Source: Berkelbacteria bacterium GW2011_GWE1_39_12 (GTDB taxonomy: Bacteria > Patescibacteriota > UBA1384 > UBA12157). Taken from it: a DNA stretch of 64,000 nt. Positions 59,462 through 64,000 of the stretch are shown here, piece by piece. The stretch spans positions 11,709 to 75,708 of the forward strand of contig CP011213.1 in assembly GCA_001029735.1 (NCBI GenBank). The letters are read 5' to 3'. Below the pieces are notes generated by a model. It was not told the origin of the DNA, ran no database searches, and was given only the letters and a program-made list of their open reading frames with translations. Position numbers and translations under genes: made by a program. Position 1 is the first letter of the stretch; each line of letters starts with the position of its first letter.

Positions 59462-60031
59462 CTAATCACTGCTACACAACCTGTGAGCGCTACTATTTAA
59501 AGTATTAGTTGGACCATCATTGCTCGTGTAAATTCCAGCGTTACCAAAAGAATCAACACAGAACCAGTTACTGTAATCGAACGGCGATAATTTTGCCCAG
59601 GCAGCATACTGATTATTGTTAGCCCAGATTGTTAAACCGGAAGCAGTAGCTGTACATCCCTTATTCAAATTGCAAATATCAGAGGCTATCTTATTAATAG
59701 CTGATGTAGCATCCGCGTCACCTGTCACAGTCTTTGATGTGCATGGAATAAAATCAGTACCAGCGGCAGTAAAGCAAGTGTCAACATGAGCCCCACCTGC
59801 TCCAACACCGGGTCCAAGAGAATATTTTCCTACACGATCGTAGTGGTTTTGCATAACAATTGACATCTGCCGAACATTACTTATGATTCTTGTGTCCTTC
59901 GTTTTAGTTCTAGTCCTGCTTAATGCCGTTAAAATCATCGTGGACAAGATTCCAATAATTGCGATAACGACCAAAAGCTCGATCAAAGTAAAGCCATTCG
60001 ACAAAAACCTAGGTTTTGATAATTTGTTCAT
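59462..60031 (-). CDS. type IV pilin
   Basis: G|FTLIELLVVIAIIGIL, FCVDSFG; aaggag SD before ATG 60031. Confidence 0.9.
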   Translation of the reverse strand: MNKLSKPRFLSNGFTLIELLVVIAIIGILSTMILTALSRTRTKTKDTRIISNVRQMSIVMQNHYDRVGKYSLGPGVGAGGAHVDTCFTAAGTDFIPCTSKTVTGDADATSAINKIASDICNLNKGCTATASGLTIWANNNQYAAWAKLSPFDYSNWFCVDSFGNAGIYTSNDGPTNTLNSSAHRLCSSD

Positions 60032-60100
60032 AAAAACTCCTTTTTTTCTCAAGGAATCACCTTATTGGAGATATCTCATTCAATAAGGTGATCTTCTTGA

Positions 60101-60514
60101 TTAAAGCGGGGTTCCACCAGAAAGTATACCAGCTGCGCAAGTAGCGCCTTTCATCGTCTGGCCGGCATCAGATACAGATACAGTTGTGCCATCGTTCAAT
60201 GTAGCAATTGCACAATAATTTACAGAAGGGGCAGCGCTTTTAGTCAAAGCATAAGCGCTTGAAGCATTCTGCGCAAGAATATCGGCAGTGTAGTTTGTGT
60301 ATCCTGTTTGGGTCGCTATGTTATTATAGTTCCCATCAGTACTATATGCTGTTTCTGCAAGAACTCTAATTTGCGCAATGTCTGCTTTAATTCTCGAATC
60401 TTTTGCTTTAGCTCTAGCCGTGTTTAAAGCAACCAAAATCATAGCGGCTAAAATACCAATAATAGCGATGACGACCAACAATTCAATTAAAGTAAAACCT
60501 TTTTTTAATTTCAT
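60101..60514 (-). CDS. type IV pilin (probable major pilin)
   Basis: KKG|FTLIELLVVIAIIGILAA..ARAKAKD. Confidence 0.9.
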   Translation of the reverse strand: MKLKKGFTLIELLVVIAIIGILAAMILVALNTARAKAKDSRIKADIAQIRVLAETAYSTDGNYNNIATQTGYTNYTADILAQNASSAYALTKSAAPSVNYCAIATLNDGTTVSVSDAGQTMKGATCAAGILSGGTPL

Positions 60515-60571
60515 TTTTTCCCTTATATTTAATTCACCAGTCATTCGACCAGATGACTTGTTTTTCAACTA

Positions 60572-61669
60572 TTACTCAAGATTAGCTTGCGCCAAAGAAT
60601 AAATTGGCCAGATGATAGAAAAGACAAGAAAACCGACTCCAATTCCGACAATCACAATAATTACAGGTTCAACCAAACTTGATAGACTCTTAATCCTCGT
60701 GTCAGTTTCTCTTTCATAATATTCTGCCAGCTTTGTCAAAACCGGGCCAATTTTTCCAGTTTGTTCACCCACCATAATCATTTCCGACACTACTGGAGGA
60801 AAGTTTTTATCTTTTTGCAGCGGCACCGACATTGGGATACCTCTTTCAACCTGCGCAGCAACATCTTTTAAGCTCTTTGTATATATATGGTTTTGGATCA
60901 CATCGGCTGAAATGGCGATTGTTTCCATAATCGGAATGCCGGCTTGAATCAACATGGACATGGTACGGCAAAAACGAGCCATATAGATCATGGTATAAAG
61001 TTCTCTTGCAATCGGCAAATGAATCTTAAATTTATCCCAGGTGCTACCACCTTCTTTGGTTCTAATAAAATAGGAAAAACCTGCAACTATGGCTATCAAC
61101 ACTATCACATCTAGCCACCAAAACTTAACTGTAAAATTGGAAACAGCAATAATCATTCTGGTAGCCAAAGGTAATTCAACGTTCATATCAGCAAAAACGC
61201 TTTTAAGCTGAGGCACAATAAAAATCATCATTAAGAAGATAATGACAACCATTGTAATAACGATAAAAGCCGGGTAGTACATAGCGGCTTTAATTTTCGA
61301 GTTGAATTCTTCGGTGAGTTCGAGTCGATCTGCCAACTGATTTAAAACTAAATCTAATTTACCGCTATTTTCACCCGATCGAACTATAGCAATAAAGACA
61401 GGATCAAAAATTTTGTTGTATTTAGAAAGGGAAAAAGAAAGACTGTTCCCCTGCTCAAGATCTGTCACAATACCCAAATAGGCTTTTTTCAATGTTTGTT
61501 TCTGGGCCTGAGAAGAAAGTATTCTAAAAGATTGATCTATAGCCAAACCAGCGCCAAGCATTGTCGCGAGCTGACGAGCTAAAACCGCTTTATCCTTACC
61601 GCCAACGCGGGAAAATAAATCCGTCTGAAGCGCCTGTAGATTTAGTTTCAAAAATCCCTCCTCTAACAT
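60572..61669 (-). CDS. pilC: type IV pilus platform protein PilC
   Basis: RQLATMLGAG, GENSGKLD, AMYYP, GEQTG, VEP. Confidence 0.93.
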   Translation of the reverse strand: MLEEGFLKLNLQALQTDLFSRVGGKDKAVLARQLATMLGAGLAIDQSFRILSSQAQKQTLKKAYLGIVTDLEQGNSLSFSLSKYNKIFDPVFIAIVRSGENSGKLDLVLNQLADRLELTEEFNSKIKAAMYYPAFIVITMVVIIFLMMIFIVPQLKSVFADMNVELPLATRMIIAVSNFTVKFWWLDVIVLIAIVAGFSYFIRTKEGGSTWDKFKIHLPIARELYTMIYMARFCRTMSMLIQAGIPIMETIAISADVIQNHIYTKSLKDVAAQVERGIPMSVPLQKDKNFPPVVSEMIMVGEQTGKIGPVLTKLAEYYERETDTRIKSLSSLVEPVIIVIVGIGVGFLVFSIIWPIYSLAQANLE

Positions 61670-61738
61670 AATAAGAACATAACCAATACTACATAACTAA
61701 GTATATCAACACAAAAAAATTAATTCAATAAATGAAAA

Positions 61739-62806
61739 TTAATATACCATCATTTTAAATGCTTTCGGATCGATTGCCCAGGCCAAAGCATTGTCAATTG
61801 TGATTTCACCTTTGGAGACTAATTCCGCCAGCACTTTATCCATGGCAATCATACCTTCGGCAGCGGAAGTTTGAATGACGTTTGGCAATTGGTGAGTTTT
61901 GCCTTCACGAATAATGGCTCTAACGGCTGAATTGGCAATCATAATTTCACAGGCAACAACACGACCGCCTTGCGTCCTAGGTAATAATCTTTGAGAAACA
62001 ACACCAAGCAAAACATTGGCAAGCTGCATCCTAACCTGTTGTTGTTGGTGAGGTGGAAAAACATCAATAATACGATCGGCGGTCTGAGAAGCTGAGTTGG
62101 TGTGTAAAGTGGCAAAAACTAGGTGACCGGTTTCTGCAATCGTGAGTGCAGCTTCAATAGTTTCTAAATCGCGCATTTCACCGACCAACACAACATTTGG
62201 ATCTTCACGTAATGAAGAACGCAATGCCCGAGCAAAAGAATTGGTATCAGAACCAACTTCTCTTTGTGAAATAATAGATTTATCATGCTCAAAAACATAT
62301 TCGATCGGATCTTCAATTGTGACAATATGCTCACTACGAGTATGGTTAATTTGGTTGATCATTGCGGCCAATGTAGTCGACTTACCATGCCCAGTCGGAC
62401 CGGTAATAATAACGAAACCCTGGGATGGTGTCGTAAATTTTTCCAAAATCGGCGGGACACCAAGATCGGTTAAACTTTTGATTAGTTTTGGAATTAAGCG
62501 CAACGAAGCGGCCATGTTACCTTTTTGGAAATAAACATTCGAACGAAAGCGCATGTCATTATAGCCAAAGGAAAAATCCACTTCCTTGCGAACCTTCAAT
62601 CTCTCAATTTGTTCAGCACTCATAAAACTTTGGATCAGACTCGAAGCCTGCTCCGATGTTAAATTAGCTTGGTCTGGCACTGCCATTAATGCACCATCAA
62701 TTCTAATCATCGGCGGTACACCGGTAGTTAAATGCAAATCTGATGCTTTTTTTTGAATAGAAAGGTCTAATAAACTTTTCATTTCTGGGATTAGTCCAAC
62801 CTGCAT
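61739..62806 (-). CDS. pilT: type IV pilus retraction ATPase PilT
   Basis: GPTGHGKSTT, TIEDPIE, SLREDP, GEMRD, TLHTN, AIIRE. Confidence 0.95.
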   Translation of the reverse strand: MQVGLIPEMKSLLDLSIQKKASDLHLTTGVPPMIRIDGALMAVPDQANLTSEQASSLIQSFMSAEQIERLKVRKEVDFSFGYNDMRFRSNVYFQKGNMAASLRLIPKLIKSLTDLGVPPILEKFTTPSQGFVIITGPTGHGKSTTLAAMINQINHTRSEHIVTIEDPIEYVFEHDKSIISQREVGSDTNSFARALRSSLREDPNVVLVGEMRDLETIEAALTIAETGHLVFATLHTNSASQTADRIIDVFPPHQQQQVRMQLANVLLGVVSQRLLPRTQGGRVVACEIMIANSAVRAIIREGKTHQLPNVIQTSAAEGMIAMDKVLAELVSKGEITIDNALAWAIDPKAFKMMVY

Positions 62807-62826
62807 AGATCCTCCTTTTAACAAAA

Positions 62827-64000
62827 TTAACTGCTTGTCGTTACTCTTAAAACTTCGCCAACGGTCGTCTCCCCTTTGATAGCCTTAATTAAACCGTCCT
62901 GCTTTAATGTTATCATTCCCTCGGCAACGGCTTGGTGTGCAATTTCTGATGCCGGACGTTTCTTAATGGCTAATTCTTCGATTTTATCGGACATACTTAA
63001 GACTTCATAAATACCCATTCGTCCTGAATACCCATGGTCACATTCGGAACAACCTTGACCTTCGTAAAATTTATATGGTTTTTGCAAATTAAATTTAGCT
63101 AATTCTTTTTCAATATCTATTCTGAAGACTTCTGGTAATGCCACTTCTTTTTTACATTTTTGACAGAGTTTTCGAACCAAACGCTGCGCCACTATTACAT
63201 TAACTGAAGAAGTAATTAAGAAAGGCTCAATCCCCATATTAATTAATCGCGGCAAGGCGCCGGCGGAATCATTGGTGTGAAGAGTCGATAACACCAAATG
63301 ACCGGTTAAAGCCGCATGTGTTGCCATTCCAGCCGTTTCGGAGTCACGAATTTCTCCAACCATAATAATATTAGGATCTTGTCTTAGGACACTTCTTAAC
63401 CCTTCAGCAAAGGAAAAACCGATTTTTGGCTTAACTTGGCATTGATTGATACCCGGGATTTCGTATTCGACTGGATCTTCGAGAGTAATAACGTTTACTG
63501 ACGGACTGCTTATTTTTTTCAAAATTGAATACAAAGTCGTCGATTTGCCCGAACCGGTCGGGCCTGTAGCTAAAATAACACCATAAGGCTTAATAATATT
63601 TTCTTCTAAAACCTTTAAGTTGTGGCCTTTGATACCAAGCTGCTCAAAAGAATAGATATTTTGGGTTTTGTCTAATAAACGCAAAGCTGCTTTTTCACCA
63701 CGAACAGTTGGTAAAGTTGAAACACGAATATCAATTTCATGCCCGTGAGTTTTCACATCGAACCTTCCGTCCTGAGGAATTCGTTGTTCATCGATCTTCA
63801 GTCTTGAGAGAATTTTTATTCTTGAGATGAGCGCTGGCTGTAACTCGATCGGCATCTTAATGACATCGCGTAAAACACCGTCAACGCGAAAACGTATTCT
63901 TAGCTCGTCTTCTTCTGGCTCAACGTGAATATCGGAAGCCTTTTTTAGCACAGCCAAAGCTACAGTTGCCGCTAAGATTTTGGGCACATTCCCAGTTTGA
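62827..64000 (-). CDS. pilB: type IV pilus assembly ATPase PilB (5' part outside window)
   Basis: ASDIH, PQDGR, GPTGSGKSTT, LRQDP, AQRLVRKLC..C..C..C. Confidence 0.95.
   Translation of the reverse strand, partial: QTGNVPKILAATVALAVLKKASDIHVEPEEDELRIRFRVDGVLRDVIKMPIELQPALISRIKILSRLKIDEQRIPQDGRFDVKTHGHEIDIRVSTLPTVRGEKAALRLLDKTQNIYSFEQLGIKGHNLKVLEENIIKPYGVILATGPTGSGKSTTLYSILKKISSPSVNVITLEDPVEYEIPGINQCQVKPKIGFSFAEGLRSVLRQDPNIIMVGEIRDSETAGMATHAALTGHLVLSTLHTNDSAGALPRLINMGIEPFLITSSVNVIVAQRLVRKLCQKCKKEVALPEVFRIDIEKELAKFNLQKPYKFYEGQGCSECDHGYSGRMGIYEVLSMSDKIEELAIKKRPASEIAHQAVAEGMITLKQDGLIKAIKGETTVGEVLRVTTSS

Noticed and set aside
1-64000. Alternative genetic code (UGA read as Gly)
   Set aside because: RF2 is present, conserved genes are intact under code 11, and several end in TGA.

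Overview
AT-rich bacterial chromosomal segment using genetic code 11 (RF2 is present). Gene content points to Patescibacteria/CPR, possibly Berkelbacteria-like; this is inference. Housekeeping genes run mainly on + from 1 to 16.4 kb (UvrD-nuclease, rluA, gmk, manC, secDF). They run on - from 17 to 64 kb (two VirB4/TraD-like ATPases, tgt, rplLJ, rplA, pth, prfB, cysS, recR, topA, dprA, rplK-nusG-secE-rplU, rodA, ileS, rnhA and a type IV pilus locus with pilB cut by the window edge). The two blocks converge on a 616-bp gene-free gap holding a perfect 11-6-11 dif-like palindrome, a candidate replication terminus. Main hunt results: (1) an apparent split minor pilin, where a PilV-like pilin ends in a beta-propeller and its missing C-terminal strands appear as a conserved 37-aa tag on two downstream secreted PKD-repeat adhesins; (2) two stand-alone ~200-nt structured RNAs, each with a consensus promoter and a terminator; (3) an operon of secreted Asn-rich repeat proteins, one with an LPxTG anchor, a candidate amyloid-like fibre; (4) a single-chain tandem CsrA and a free RNAP alpha-CTD protein; (5) IleRS with an inserted histidine phosphatase domain; (6) REP-like palindromes inserted in frame in genes. 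No tRNA, rRNA, CRISPR array, transposase or integrase was recognised. All calls are by eye, with no database searches run.
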